DNA of 64,000 nt from the NCBI GenBank assembly GCA_050239825.1, contig JBFXGO010000004.1:9075-73074 (forward strand), written 5' to 3'. The notes below the pieces were generated by a model. It was not told the origin of the DNA, ran no database searches, and was given only the letters and a program-made list of their open reading frames with translations. This DNA is from a bacterium (GTDB taxonomy: Bacteria > Hydrothermota > 32-111). A program made the translations under genes and the position numbers. Shown one piece after another: positions 39,810 to 48,369 of this stretch. The first letter of the stretch is position 1. Every line of letters starts with the position of its first letter.

Positions 39810-41345
39810 TCAGTATTTGAAAGAGGAATTTCCTATAAATTCCCTCAACACCGAGGTGGGTGGAATGAACTCCATGGATATCGGCTTGAAGAACGAAAGT
39901 ATGAATTGAAGCCTCTTTGCATCAAGGTAATGCGGCTTCTCCTCGGTAATCCCGCCAAGCAGGGGTTCGGCAAAGTTTTTTAGCACGGAGAGCTCGTACA
40001 ACAGAGATGAATTGAACATGAAATCGGCAGTCTCCTGAAATGGGAATATATTCTTCTCTTCTCCGCGTCTGACCGAACGCCACATTTCAAGGGTCTGGTC
40101 AGCAGAATGGTTTCTGAACAGATAATCCCTCACGAGCCTCCTGATAAGACGGTTGTCGGTAGTTGATATCCTGTGCGTGCTGTCAATGTTTATCTGAGTT
40201 AAAGCGGAAACATATATTTTTGCCTTCTTCTCCTTTGGAACAGATTTTGTCAGTTTATCATTCAAGCCGTGGATTCCTTCGATTATCAAAATCGTGTTTT
40301 TTTCAAGTTTAGCTCTCTTTGTCTCCTTTTTTCTCACTCCCAGAGTGAAATCAAATACCGGAAGCTCCACTTCTCTGTTCTCAATGAGTTCAATCAGATT
40401 TTTGTTGAAGAGTTCAAGGTCGATTGCGTCTATCGATTCATAGTCGAATTCATTGTTTTCATCTTTGGGTGTCTTCTCTCTGTTTACGAAGTAATTGTCA
40501 AGCGAGATTCCCGAAACGGAAATGCCAAGCACGCGAAGTTGAACCGACAATCTTTTCAGAAATGTAGTCTTTCCGGAAGACGAGGGTCCTGCAATTGAAA
40601 TGAGTCGTAGGCGGTTTCTCATTGAATCTATCTGATGGGCTATGTCAACTATCCTTTTCTCATGAAGCGCCTCTGACACCTGAATGAGTTCGGCTATCTC
40701 CTGCCTTTCAATTGAATCCTGCAGATTTTCGACAGACCTCCAGTTTAGGATCTTAGCCCAGTTTTCGGATTCGTTGAATACATTAAAAAGCTTCTTCTGA
40801 TCGTTTTTTTCAAATGCCCTTCCGCTGAAAATTATTATTCCCGGAGGATAATATTTAATATATGCACCTTCAAGAAGAGAGGTCTTCGGCACAACCGGAG
40901 TGAAGAAAAAATCTTTTGTCCAGTTGAACTGTGCGAAGAATGCTCCATTCACGGATGAATTCTCCAATAGATACTTTTTTTTGCTGTCATCTTCAAATAG
41001 GGTGATAAGCTCATCCCTCTTTTTAAACTTCGCTGTAATCATCTCATCGGATTTTATTATCTCCTGAAGCTTCTCATTCATTTCATCTATAGTTTTTTCA
41101 CTGATGAGCACCGGTGAGAATATTTCGCAGTAGAGCCCCCCATTGATAGTGTGTTCGACATTAAGTTCACTATCCGGGAACATCGAATTCATTATTGATT
41201 TAACAACCAATATCAGGGAGTTTTGAAGAACAAGCTTGCCGTACATTGAATCGGAATAAACCGAAGACAAATCCGAATAATCACTCTCGCATGAGAGCGG
41301 TATTAGTCTGTCGTTTTTTCTGTAACATACTGTTTTTCCGTTCAT
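39810..41345 (-). CDS. Uridine kinase-family protein with an N-terminal ThrRS-like domain; start revised to 41345
   Basis: IAGPSSSGKTT, SLDNYF, IIEGIHGLN, RLIRRLVRD, SLLYEL; N-terminal HTINGGLYCE. The track's first 22 codons overlap the tRNA. Confidence 0.88.
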   Translation of the reverse strand: MNGKTVCYRKNDRLIPLSCESDYSDLSSVYSDSMYGKLVLQNSLILVVKSIMNSMFPDSELNVEHTINGGLYCEIFSPVLISEKTIDEMNEKLQEIIKSDEMITAKFKKRDELITLFEDDSKKKYLLENSSVNGAFFAQFNWTKDFFFTPVVPKTSLLEGAYIKYYPPGIIIFSGRAFEKNDQKKLFNVFNESENWAKILNWRSVENLQDSIERQEIAELIQVSEALHEKRIVDIAHQIDSMRNRLRLISIAGPSSSGKTTFLKRLSVQLRVLGISVSGISLDNYFVNREKTPKDENNEFDYESIDAIDLELFNKNLIELIENREVELPVFDFTLGVRKKETKRAKLEKNTILIIEGIHGLNDKLTKSVPKEKKAKIYVSALTQINIDSTHRISTTDNRLIRRLVRDYLFRNHSADQTLEMWRSVRRGEEKNIFPFQETADFMFNSSLLYELSVLKNFAEPLLGGITEEKPHYLDAKRLQFILSFFKPISMEFIPPTSVLREFIGNSSFKY

Positions 41346-41353
41346 AAAATTTA

Positions 41354-41425
41354 AGCTGGTGGGCGGATTTGAACCGCCGACCCGCGCTTTACGAAAGCGC
41401 TGCTCTACCACTGAGCCACACCAGC
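41354..41425 (-). tRNA. tRNA-Thr (anticodon CGT), CCA not encoded
   Basis: GCTGGTG-TGGCTCAGTGGTAGAGC-A-GCGCT-TTCGTAA-AGCGC-GGGTC-GGCGG-TTCAAAT-CCGCC-CACCAGC-T cloverleaf. Confidence 0.96.
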
Positions 41426-41557
41426 AGAGTAGTATATTGTATGAAAAATCCGGGCTGAGTCAAGAGCTCATAGATATTTAATCAATTGCTCTGTTCCCTC
41501 TCTCCGCCTCTAAGATTAAAATGCTTGTTGGTGAAATGCGGACGGCGCAGTGAGGCA

Positions 41558-41587
41558 AAAAAAAGGCGGCTATAAGCCGCCTTTTTT
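41558..41587 (-). terminator. Intrinsic terminator after the ECF operon
   Basis: AAAAAAGGCGGC-TATAA-GCCGCCTTTTTT hairpin with tracts on both sides. Confidence 0.85.
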
Positions 41588-41600
41588 GAGAGATATGTTC

Positions 41601-42659
41601 CTATTCCGTCTTTGCTTCCTCTTTTATTATCTCTATTTTCTTCTCTGCGCTGTTCTTCTGAAAGACGGTTGAGCCGAACCTTGACATCAGAACTCCGCCG
41701 AAGGCAAATGTTATTATTATATAGTTCTGCATGTATTTCAGAAATCCGAAAAGAGTGTTCAGATAGTTTACATCAGCCCAATTGAGTATGTTGTGAATCA
41801 GTGGAATTATGCTGAAAGCCGCTATTCCGACGAATACGCTCATTATGGGGTTAAGCTCTCTCTTCCACAGTTTTTCTCCAATCCATTTTCCCGTGTAATT
41901 AACAACCGTAGCCCAGCCAAAGAGAAGTCCTGCAAGAAGGGCAAGCACAAAAAGAGGAATGAATGGTATTCCAACAATGCTTATTGCAAGAAGTATTATC
42001 GCCGGAATTATGAGAACCTCTGTAAGCAAACCCATCAAAAATATGAAGAGGGGGCTCTCAAGTATTGATGATTCAACTCTCTTGTGCTGTTTTACAATCA
42101 TTATCACAGCCGCGGCAATGGCGAACATTACTATAAATGCGGCAAGCATGTTGAAAATATCGGTTATGTCAAATCTGTCCCTCTCCATCGTGAACTTGCC
42201 TTCTGAATTGTGAGAGGCCAAAAGCCTGACGATGGCTCCAATGCCGTTTATTTGAATGTTTGTCTTTTCTCCTTTGAAGACTGCCGCCGTGTCAATGTCA
42301 GCTCTGCTTCCGAGCATGACAAATTCCTGTTCAACCACTGTCAAAGGTCCGATTTTGCCGGTAGAGCCTATAAGAACAAGCTCTCCCTTGATCTGCGCAT
42401 TCACATCAAATGTGCCGCCTATGCAAACGACATCACCTTCGACAATTCCATCTACATTTATGTGGCCGCCTATGGTGACAACATCATCATTGAGGGAATC
42501 AGCCTCCTCCGGATCAAAGTCATCAGCTTCCTCGGCTAGAACTGGCTTCTGCTCCATCTGAGGCTTTGCTTCCACCGGACTTTCGGCGACCTGCGCAAAT
42601 GCTGCAAGCGCGGTGGAAAGAATAATAACCAGCGCAAGTGTTTTCAAAAATGTCTTCAT
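41601..42659 (-). CDS. Membrane protein with N-terminal bactofilin-like beta-helix repeats
   Basis: Signal peptide; DVVTIGGHINVDGIVEGDVVCIGG repeats; C-terminal TMs with ISIVGIP. Confidence 0.8.
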   Translation of the reverse strand: MKTFLKTLALVIILSTALAAFAQVAESPVEAKPQMEQKPVLAEEADDFDPEEADSLNDDVVTIGGHINVDGIVEGDVVCIGGTFDVNAQIKGELVLIGSTGKIGPLTVVEQEFVMLGSRADIDTAAVFKGEKTNIQINGIGAIVRLLASHNSEGKFTMERDRFDITDIFNMLAAFIVMFAIAAAVIMIVKQHKRVESSILESPLFIFLMGLLTEVLIIPAIILLAISIVGIPFIPLFVLALLAGLLFGWATVVNYTGKWIGEKLWKRELNPIMSVFVGIAAFSIIPLIHNILNWADVNYLNTLFGFLKYMQNYIIITFAFGGVLMSRFGSTVFQKNSAEKKIEIIKEEAKTE

Positions 42660-43066
42660 CTATTTCCTCCTTTTTTCTTGTTTTTCTTATGCATTGCAAG
42701 GGCGCCTACTGAAATTATCAGCATTCCTGCAAGAGGCACGTAAAGATACTCTCCCCTGTAATGTGGAAGTATCTGCGACAGTATATTTAAAGCTCTCGCC
42801 AAACCCTGCAAAAATGAAATTATCCTGTCGCCCGTAAAATCCCATGTAAATGAGAATATGGCGTTTCTTGAATAGACGATTGTAAAGAGCACGGATGATA
42901 CAAGATATCCTATTATCGGAGCTATCAGAATTCTTGCAGGCCTTTGTTTTATTTTCTTTGCTGCAATCGCCTTCATAACATTCTCTTCGGTGGAATCTAT
43001 CGCGGGAGTTTCATAATCCCTGAATAAATCTTCTATTCCTATCAGTTTTTCATTTTTATCTTTCAT
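42656..43066 (-). CDS. Putative membrane anti-sigma factor
   Basis: Directly after the ECF sigma; short cytoplasmic N-terminus (P..S.EENVMKAI) and two TMs. Confidence 0.65.
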   Translation of the reverse strand: MKDKNEKLIGIEDLFRDYETPAIDSTEENVMKAIAAKKIKQRPARILIAPIIGYLVSSVLFTIVYSRNAIFSFTWDFTGDRIISFLQGLARALNILSQILPHYRGEYLYVPLAGMLIISVGALAMHKKNKKKGGNR

Positions 43067-43070
43067 ATTT

Positions 43071-43607
43071 TCACCTCTCGCATTTTTTCATTTCCAGCAG
43101 TTCCCGCATCTTTTCCTTTGCCCTGAACAGCTTAACATTAACTCTGTTTTCAGGAATCTCCATTGCTTCGGCTATTTCTTTATTTGAGAATCCCTCTTTA
43201 TACTTCATTATAAGGAGAGTGCGGTCATCCTCTTTCAGCCTCGCCATCGCCTTTTCTAGCGCCTTTTGCTGCTGCATTTCATCCAAACCGTGTAGATTTT
43301 TGTTGTCCGGTATTTCATAATCAAGCTCTTCAATGCTTATTGTTTTCTTTTTTTTCCTTATGTAATCTATCGTGTGGTTTCTCGCAATCTTTATAACCCA
43401 AGGCTTGAATTCATGCTCTTCACTGTATGAGTTCAGATTTTCAAACGCCTTTATGAATGTTTCCTGAGTGAGATCCTTGGTTGTTTCTATGTCAAAGACC
43501 ATTGAATAGATTATGCTGTTGACTATTCTTTCGTACTTTCTCAGGAGAAGCGCAAAGAGTTCTTTGTCTCCCGACCTGATTCTTTTGACTGTTGTTTTTT
43601 CATCCAT
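43071..43607 (-). CDS. ECF sigma factor (SigW/RpoE-like)
   Basis: DLTQETFIKA, FKPWVIKIARN, SNKEIAE, VKLFRA. Confidence 0.93.
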   Translation of the reverse strand: MDEKTTVKRIRSGDKELFALLLRKYERIVNSIIYSMVFDIETTKDLTQETFIKAFENLNSYSEEHEFKPWVIKIARNHTIDYIRKKKKTISIEELDYEIPDNKNLHGLDEMQQQKALEKAMARLKEDDRTLLIMKYKEGFSNKEIAEAMEIPENRVNVKLFRAKEKMRELLEMKKCER

Positions 43608-43627
43608 AATTTGCTTTCATCTATCCC

Positions 43628-43653
43628 TACGGGTTAAAAGTTTAAAAATTACA
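43628..43653 (-). promoter_or_regulatory. Candidate autoregulatory ECF promoter
   Basis: TGTAAT-N16-CGTA, resembling the SigW-type TGAAAC-N16-CGTA, 20 nt upstream of the sigma start. Confidence 0.45.
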
Positions 43654-43762
43654 TAAATCTTAAGTCATTCTTTGTTTCAGTCAACAACAAAAAAAACATT
43701 TTTGTGTTGCATTTTTACGAAAATTATATATACTTTTATTTATTATAAAAAAAGGAGTTTGG

Positions 43763-45025
43763 ATGAGAATTGAGTGTCCAAAATGTCACAAAAAATATGA
43801 AGTTGAGGATATGTATATTCCTATAGGCGGAGGACCTGTAAGATGCCCCAATTGCAAAAATATTTTTGGGATCTATGTTGAGCCGATGGATATTCCCATG
43901 ACAGAGATAATTGAAGATGACGAACAGCCGGCCGCTTCAGCAGGAACCCCTTTTACCACACCTGAGATAGGAGAGACATCCTTCTCACCGGAATATGCGC
44001 CTCAGGAGGAGCAGGCGAATTCACCTGCAGACAGTGATAACCTCTCCGAGCAGTTGAATGACCTCGGCAGTTTCTCAAGCTCCGTTCCTGAAACAGAGAC
44101 TGCATTCGCACAGCCGACGGAAGAGACTCAGAATTTCGGCAATATATCATTTGACCCTGCCAAATCAGCTCCTGTGGAGGAGGCAAAACCCTCATTTTCT
44201 CAAAGCATGGATGATTTTGGAGTTCCTCCAGCATTTGCTCAGCCTGCTCAACCTAAAACAGCAGAGCCTGCAATGCCTGATTTCGGAGCAAGTCCATTTG
44301 CACAGCCAAAACCTGCCGCTCCTCAAACACAGGACTTTGGAGTCCCTCCAGCATTTGCTCAGCCGACTCAGCCTAAAACAGCAGAGCCTGCAATGCCTGA
44401 TTTCGGAGCAAGCCCATTTGCGCAGCCAAAACCTGCCGCTCCTCAAACACAGGACTTTGGAGTCCCTCCCGCATTTGCTCAGCCGACTCAACCTAAAACA
44501 GCAGAGCCTGCAATGCCTGATTTCGGAGCAAGTCCATTTGCGCAGCCAAAACCTGCCGCTCCTCAAACACAGGACTTTGGAGCAGTGCCTCCAGCATTTG
44601 CTCAACAAAAGCCGGTAGAGCCTGTGACACATGAACCTATGCCTTTTCCTGCTGCAAAACCAGCACCTCAACCCCAGCAATCGGCTCCTGTCGGACATAT
44701 AAAGCCGGGCGGAGCAATGTTTGATGTTCTTCTCGCAGGATTCAATCTTCCGCCGAATTTCAGCTCTATGCCTGAAAACATGCAGAAGGTTCATAAAGAT
44801 GCCGTCAAGCTTGCACGACAACTTGCAAAGGACATTCTCCTATACCATAAAGATGAGGTGGAGAAGGGTATGGCAAATGGAAATATCAAAGAGTCTATGA
44901 AGGATGAAATTGAAAAATCTTATAAATTCTATACACAGAGAATTCAACCTGAAATAATTTCAAGCAGCAATTACTTCAATGAAGCATTGAATAAAATTGT
45001 AGCAAAAGGACAGAAGATTTTTTAG
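43763..45025 (+). CDS. MJ0042-type zinc-ribbon protein with a Pro-rich repeat linker and a C-terminal RomX-like helical domain
   Basis: MRIECPKC...VRCPNCKNIF; 40-aa repeats; AVKLARQLAKDILLYHKDEV...EIEKSYKFY..RI...NYFNEAL. Confidence 0.75.
   Translation: MRIECPKCHKKYEVEDMYIPIGGGPVRCPNCKNIFGIYVEPMDIPMTEIIEDDEQPAASAGTPFTTPEIGETSFSPEYAPQEEQANSPADSDNLSEQLNDLGSFSSSVPETETAFAQPTEETQNFGNISFDPAKSAPVEEAKPSFSQSMDDFGVPPAFAQPAQPKTAEPAMPDFGASPFAQPKPAAPQTQDFGVPPAFAQPTQPKTAEPAMPDFGASPFAQPKPAAPQTQDFGVPPAFAQPTQPKTAEPAMPDFGASPFAQPKPAAPQTQDFGAVPPAFAQQKPVEPVTHEPMPFPAAKPAPQPQQSAPVGHIKPGGAMFDVLLAGFNLPPNFSSMPENMQKVHKDAVKLARQLAKDILLYHKDEVEKGMANGNIKESMKDEIEKSYKFYTQRIQPEIISSSNYFNEALNKIVAKGQKIF
44214..44603 (+). repeat. 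In-frame 120 bp tandem repeat, three copies plus a partial fourth
   Basis: DFGVPPAFAQPxQPKTAEPAMPDFGASPFAQPKPAAPQTQ at 44214, 44334 and 44454; partial at 44574. Confidence 0.95.
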
Positions 45026-45048
45026 AATTATAGTCCTTAAAATATCGA

Positions 45049-45077
45049 TAAGAGAGGCGCATTAAGCGCCTCTCTTA
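45049..45077. terminator. Hairpin between convergent genes, probable terminator
   Basis: TAAGAGAGGCGC-ATTAA-GCGCCTCTCTTA. Confidence 0.75.
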
Positions 45078-46355
45078 TTTTGCAAGCTCATTCAGCCGCT
45101 TCACTGCACAAAAATCACCGCACATGGTGCATTCTTTATTTTCTCCTATCTCAGACTCCGATCTGTATCTTGCCGCTTTTAATGGGTCGATTGAATTAAT
45201 TATCTGTTTGTCCCACTCAAGGTTTCTTCTTGCATCTGTCATCTTTCTGTTTTTTCTCAAAGCATACGGCCTCTCTCTTGCAAGGTCTGCGGAGAATGCC
45301 GCTATCAGAGACGCAACAACTCCCTCCTTTACATCTGCCGGTGTCGGCAGTCGAAGATGCTCCGATGGAGTCACATAGCACAAAAAATCAGCTCCATTAT
45401 AGGCGGCAATTGCTCCTCCTATGGCTCCTGCTATGTGGTCGTACCCTGCCGAAATGTCATTGACAAGAGGCCCGAGAACATAAAATGGAACATTGTGGCA
45501 GATCCTCTTCATAAGCTTCACATTCATTTCAATTTGATTCAAAGGAACATGACCCGGACCCTCAACCATAACCTGCACACCTTTGTCTAGAGCCATCTGC
45601 GTGAGTTCGCCGAGCACTATAAGCTCCTCTATCTGTGCCCTGTCCGAGGCATCAGCGCATGCCCCGGGTCTCATTCCGTCTCCCAATGATATTGTCACAT
45701 CATACTCGTGTAGTATGTCAAGTATTTTATCAAAATGCTCAAAGAGAGGAGATTCTTTACAGTTGTGCTTCATCCAAGCAATTAGAAATGAACCTCCCCT
45801 TGATACTACATTCATTATTCTTTTTTCATTGAACATCCTGTTCATAGTTGCGATATTAACTCCGGAGTGTATTGTCATGAAATCAACGCCGCTCTTTGCC
45901 TGCTCCTCAACCGTCTTAAGATAGTCGTCTATAGTCATGTCGACAATGTCCTTCTTTTCGTTAGAGAGGTTAAATCCCGTCTCATAGATCGGAACTGTGC
46001 CGACCATGACATCGGATTCCTCAAGAACTCTCTTCCTTATTATCTTGATTTTACTGCCCAAAGAGAGGTCCATAACGGAGTGCGCTCCGGCATCAATTGC
46101 TGTTTTTAGTTTCAAAATCTCTTCATCAATGTCAATATGATACGGAGAGGAGCCGATATTTGCATTTACTTTTACAGAGAGGCCTTCTCCGATTCCATAT
46201 ATGAATTTTTTCTTTCTTTTGCTGTTGTTGGGAATAGCTATAATTCCTCTCTTCATTCCTTCAAGTATGAAATTCTCTGACACATTTTCAAAATTCGCCA
46301 CCTCTTTCATCTCTTCCGTTATGATATTTTTCAGTGCTTTATCTCTCAGTGTCAT
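45075..46355 (-). CDS. thiC: Phosphomethylpyrimidine synthase (radical SAM)
   Basis: KVNANIG, VSRGGS, SLGDGMRPG, EGPGHVP, CTMCGDFC. Confidence 0.97.
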   Translation of the reverse strand: MTLRDKALKNIITEEMKEVANFENVSENFILEGMKRGIIAIPNNSKRKKKFIYGIGEGLSVKVNANIGSSPYHIDIDEEILKLKTAIDAGAHSVMDLSLGSKIKIIRKRVLEESDVMVGTVPIYETGFNLSNEKKDIVDMTIDDYLKTVEEQAKSGVDFMTIHSGVNIATMNRMFNEKRIMNVVSRGGSFLIAWMKHNCKESPLFEHFDKILDILHEYDVTISLGDGMRPGACADASDRAQIEELIVLGELTQMALDKGVQVMVEGPGHVPLNQIEMNVKLMKRICHNVPFYVLGPLVNDISAGYDHIAGAIGGAIAAYNGADFLCYVTPSEHLRLPTPADVKEGVVASLIAAFSADLARERPYALRKNRKMTDARRNLEWDKQIINSIDPLKAARYRSESEIGENKECTMCGDFCAVKRLNELAK

Positions 46356-47391
46356 TTTTTCTCCTTAATATTGATTGTATTTTTTTGATTTCCCTCTCCG
46401 GCGAGCCGCTCTCTGTTATGTAGGAGAGAATTGCGGCATTCATAAAACCTATCTTTAAAACTGCTTTCAGATTGTGCTCTTTTATTCCGCCTATGCATAC
46501 TGCGGGTACCGAAGATTCTTTCAGCATTTTTTCAGCTTCGGAGAGTCCAAGCACCCTGTCTTTTAGAATCTTTGAGTCAGTCGGGAATACGGGTCCTATG
46601 CCCACATAATCCGGCATCTCTTTCAACGCGCATTTAAGTTGTTTCATATTATGAGTTGATTTTCCTATTATAAGGCCACTCGATTCCCTCCTCGCCGCAA
46701 AAACAGGTATGTCGGTCTGTCCAAGATGCACACCGTCGGCATCTGACAGCAAAGCTATGTCAAGTCTGTCATTAACAATAAAGAGAGTGTCGGAGTTCTT
46801 CGTGATTGAGCGTATTGCTCTTGCTTTTTTCAGAAGCTCCCTGCCTTCCATAAATTTGTCGCGGAACTGTATGACTCTTATACCATTCTTGACCGCTATT
46901 TCGGAGAGTTTTTCGTATCCGACCTTTGGATTTGTCATGATTATGTAGAGACCCATTTTATCTGCAAACCTTTTTCTTTTCATTGAAATAAAGAGATTTC
47001 TTTCAATATCATAGAGAGAGTATCTCATCTCTTTGAAATTTCCTGTTTTCGAGCCTTCCAATTTTGAAAATTCTTCAAGCGACCTGCATGCCTCCTGGGC
47101 TCTGCCGAATGCGCTTCCAAGGATATCGTCGATTGATGTTCTCTTGTTCATATCAAATGACTGCTCTCGGCCTAAATCCTTTTCACTCTCTCTGAAAGGA
47201 AGAGCATACTTTTCATAACTTTTCCTGTAATTATCAAACTGAGACCTGAGAAATTTAATTTTCTTTGTTTGTTTTTCATCACTAATATGAAATCTGCATA
47301 TATCCTCAATCATTCTCAATGCCTCTGACAGCCGGTTGATATTTACATCAATTATTCTTGGGGACGGTGCTTGTATTTTTGTATTTTTCAT
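46339..47391 (-). CDS. thiE: Thiamine-phosphate synthase with an N-terminal ThiD2-like domain
   Basis: N-terminal RIIDVNINRLSEALRMIED; C-terminal QFRDK, VNDRLD, GVHLGQTD, GPVFPT. Confidence 0.92.
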   Translation of the reverse strand: MKNTKIQAPSPRIIDVNINRLSEALRMIEDICRFHISDEKQTKKIKFLRSQFDNYRKSYEKYALPFRESEKDLGREQSFDMNKRTSIDDILGSAFGRAQEACRSLEEFSKLEGSKTGNFKEMRYSLYDIERNLFISMKRKRFADKMGLYIIMTNPKVGYEKLSEIAVKNGIRVIQFRDKFMEGRELLKKARAIRSITKNSDTLFIVNDRLDIALLSDADGVHLGQTDIPVFAARRESSGLIIGKSTHNMKQLKCALKEMPDYVGIGPVFPTDSKILKDRVLGLSEAEKMLKESSVPAVCIGGIKEHNLKAVLKIGFMNAAILSYITESGSPEREIKKIQSILRRKNDTER

Positions 47392-47392
47392 A

Positions 47393-48172
47393 CTATCCCC
47401 TTCTTATACTCTCCTTTAAAAGTCCGTATGCTTTCTGCCCTGAAAGAAGCATTCCGCCAAATATAGGACCCATCCTGAATCCTCCGCACACTCCATTTGC
47501 GGCCATGCCTGAAACAAAGAAATTTTTGTAAATTTCTTTTGTGTTTTCGACTGTCTGTTTCTCTCCTACTTCCGCATTCATCGGCTTCTCTCCTTCAAAT
47601 TCTCCTGACGGGGTGTTAAGCCTGACTCCTGCCTTTTTAACCAGAGTATTCGCAAGCTCCGCGGGATGCCCTGTTGAATCCATCACAGTTTTTGAATAGA
47701 CGGTTATAGGGTCGACATGAAGCCCCATATGCTCAACCGGAGTCCAATTTATCACAATTCCGCACACTGAATCATTCTTAAAGACAGTGTCAACAACTTT
47801 TACAAGATTGAAGAGCTTCGCTCCTGAATTCACGGCAGAGTTTATAAGCGCGGAAGTGCACTCAACAGAATCGCATGTAAAGTAATCATCGTTATGCTCC
47901 TTCACTCTCACATTGAACATTTTGAGAACATTTAGAGCCTCTCTCTGCACTACTATTTCATTGAACATCATTCCGCCGCCCCACATGCCGCCTCCGGGAG
48001 CAAGTTTCGATTCATAGACCGCAACATTAAATCCGTCTTTCGCCAAAAGAGCTGCCGCCACAAGACCTGACGGACCTGCGCCTACTATTGCGGCATCAAG
48101 ATGCAATGAATCTTTCAGCTTCTTAAAGTAAGAGTCTATTATCAGTTCGCTCACCTTTGTGTCATCAAGCAT
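47393..48172 (-). CDS. thi4: Sulfide-dependent adenosine diphosphate thiazole synthase (non-Cys Thi4)
   Basis: GAGPSG, GGGMWGGG, LHVDP, RMGPIFGGMLLSG. GGAGG SD favours ATG 48172 over 48184. Confidence 0.94.
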   Translation of the reverse strand: MLDDTKVSELIIDSYFKKLKDSLHLDAAIVGAGPSGLVAAALLAKDGFNVAVYESKLAPGGGMWGGGMMFNEIVVQREALNVLKMFNVRVKEHNDDYFTCDSVECTSALINSAVNSGAKLFNLVKVVDTVFKNDSVCGIVINWTPVEHMGLHVDPITVYSKTVMDSTGHPAELANTLVKKAGVRLNTPSGEFEGEKPMNAEVGEKQTVENTKEIYKNFFVSGMAANGVCGGFRMGPIFGGMLLSGQKAYGLLKESIRRG

Positions 48173-48191
48173 TTTAACCTCCATTAAGAAT

Positions 48192-48218
48192 AAAAAAAAT
48201 CAGGGGAACCTGATTTTG
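48192..48218 (-). terminator. Riboswitch-controlled intrinsic terminator
   Basis: AAAATCAGG-TTCC-CCTGATTTTTTTT. ATCAGGTTC can alternatively pair with the aptamer segment GAACCTGAT. Confidence 0.75.
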
Positions 48219-48221
48219 TAA

Positions 48222-48306
48222 TTTTCCTACGGCAGAATTACCTGCATCAGGTTCAAGGGTCAGCGGAAAAGACCGCTTTCTCAGCCACTTTTAGTAGCTC
48301 CCCAAA
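48222..48306 (-). ncRNA. TPP riboswitch aptamer
   Basis: GGGGAGC...GCTGAGA...GACCCTTGAACCTGATGCAGGTAATTCTGCCGTAGGAA upstream of thi genes; TTGACT-N17-TTTAAT promoter at 48338-48310. Confidence 0.95.
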
Positions 48307-48369
48307 TAGATTAAACACCATATCAAACATAAAGTCAAGACCCGCATCTTAAAAACGCAATCTGACAGG

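Noticed and set aside
41346..41411. N-terminal extension of the uridine kinase ORF
   Set aside because: It overlaps the tRNA-Thr cloverleaf; ATG 41345 is the more plausible start.
41354..41600. tRNA as an island integration site
   Set aside because: No integrase nearby and I saw no duplicate of the tRNA 3' end.
44058..44821. Alternative-frame and antisense repeat ORFs
   Set aside because: Artefacts of the 120 bp in-frame repeat.
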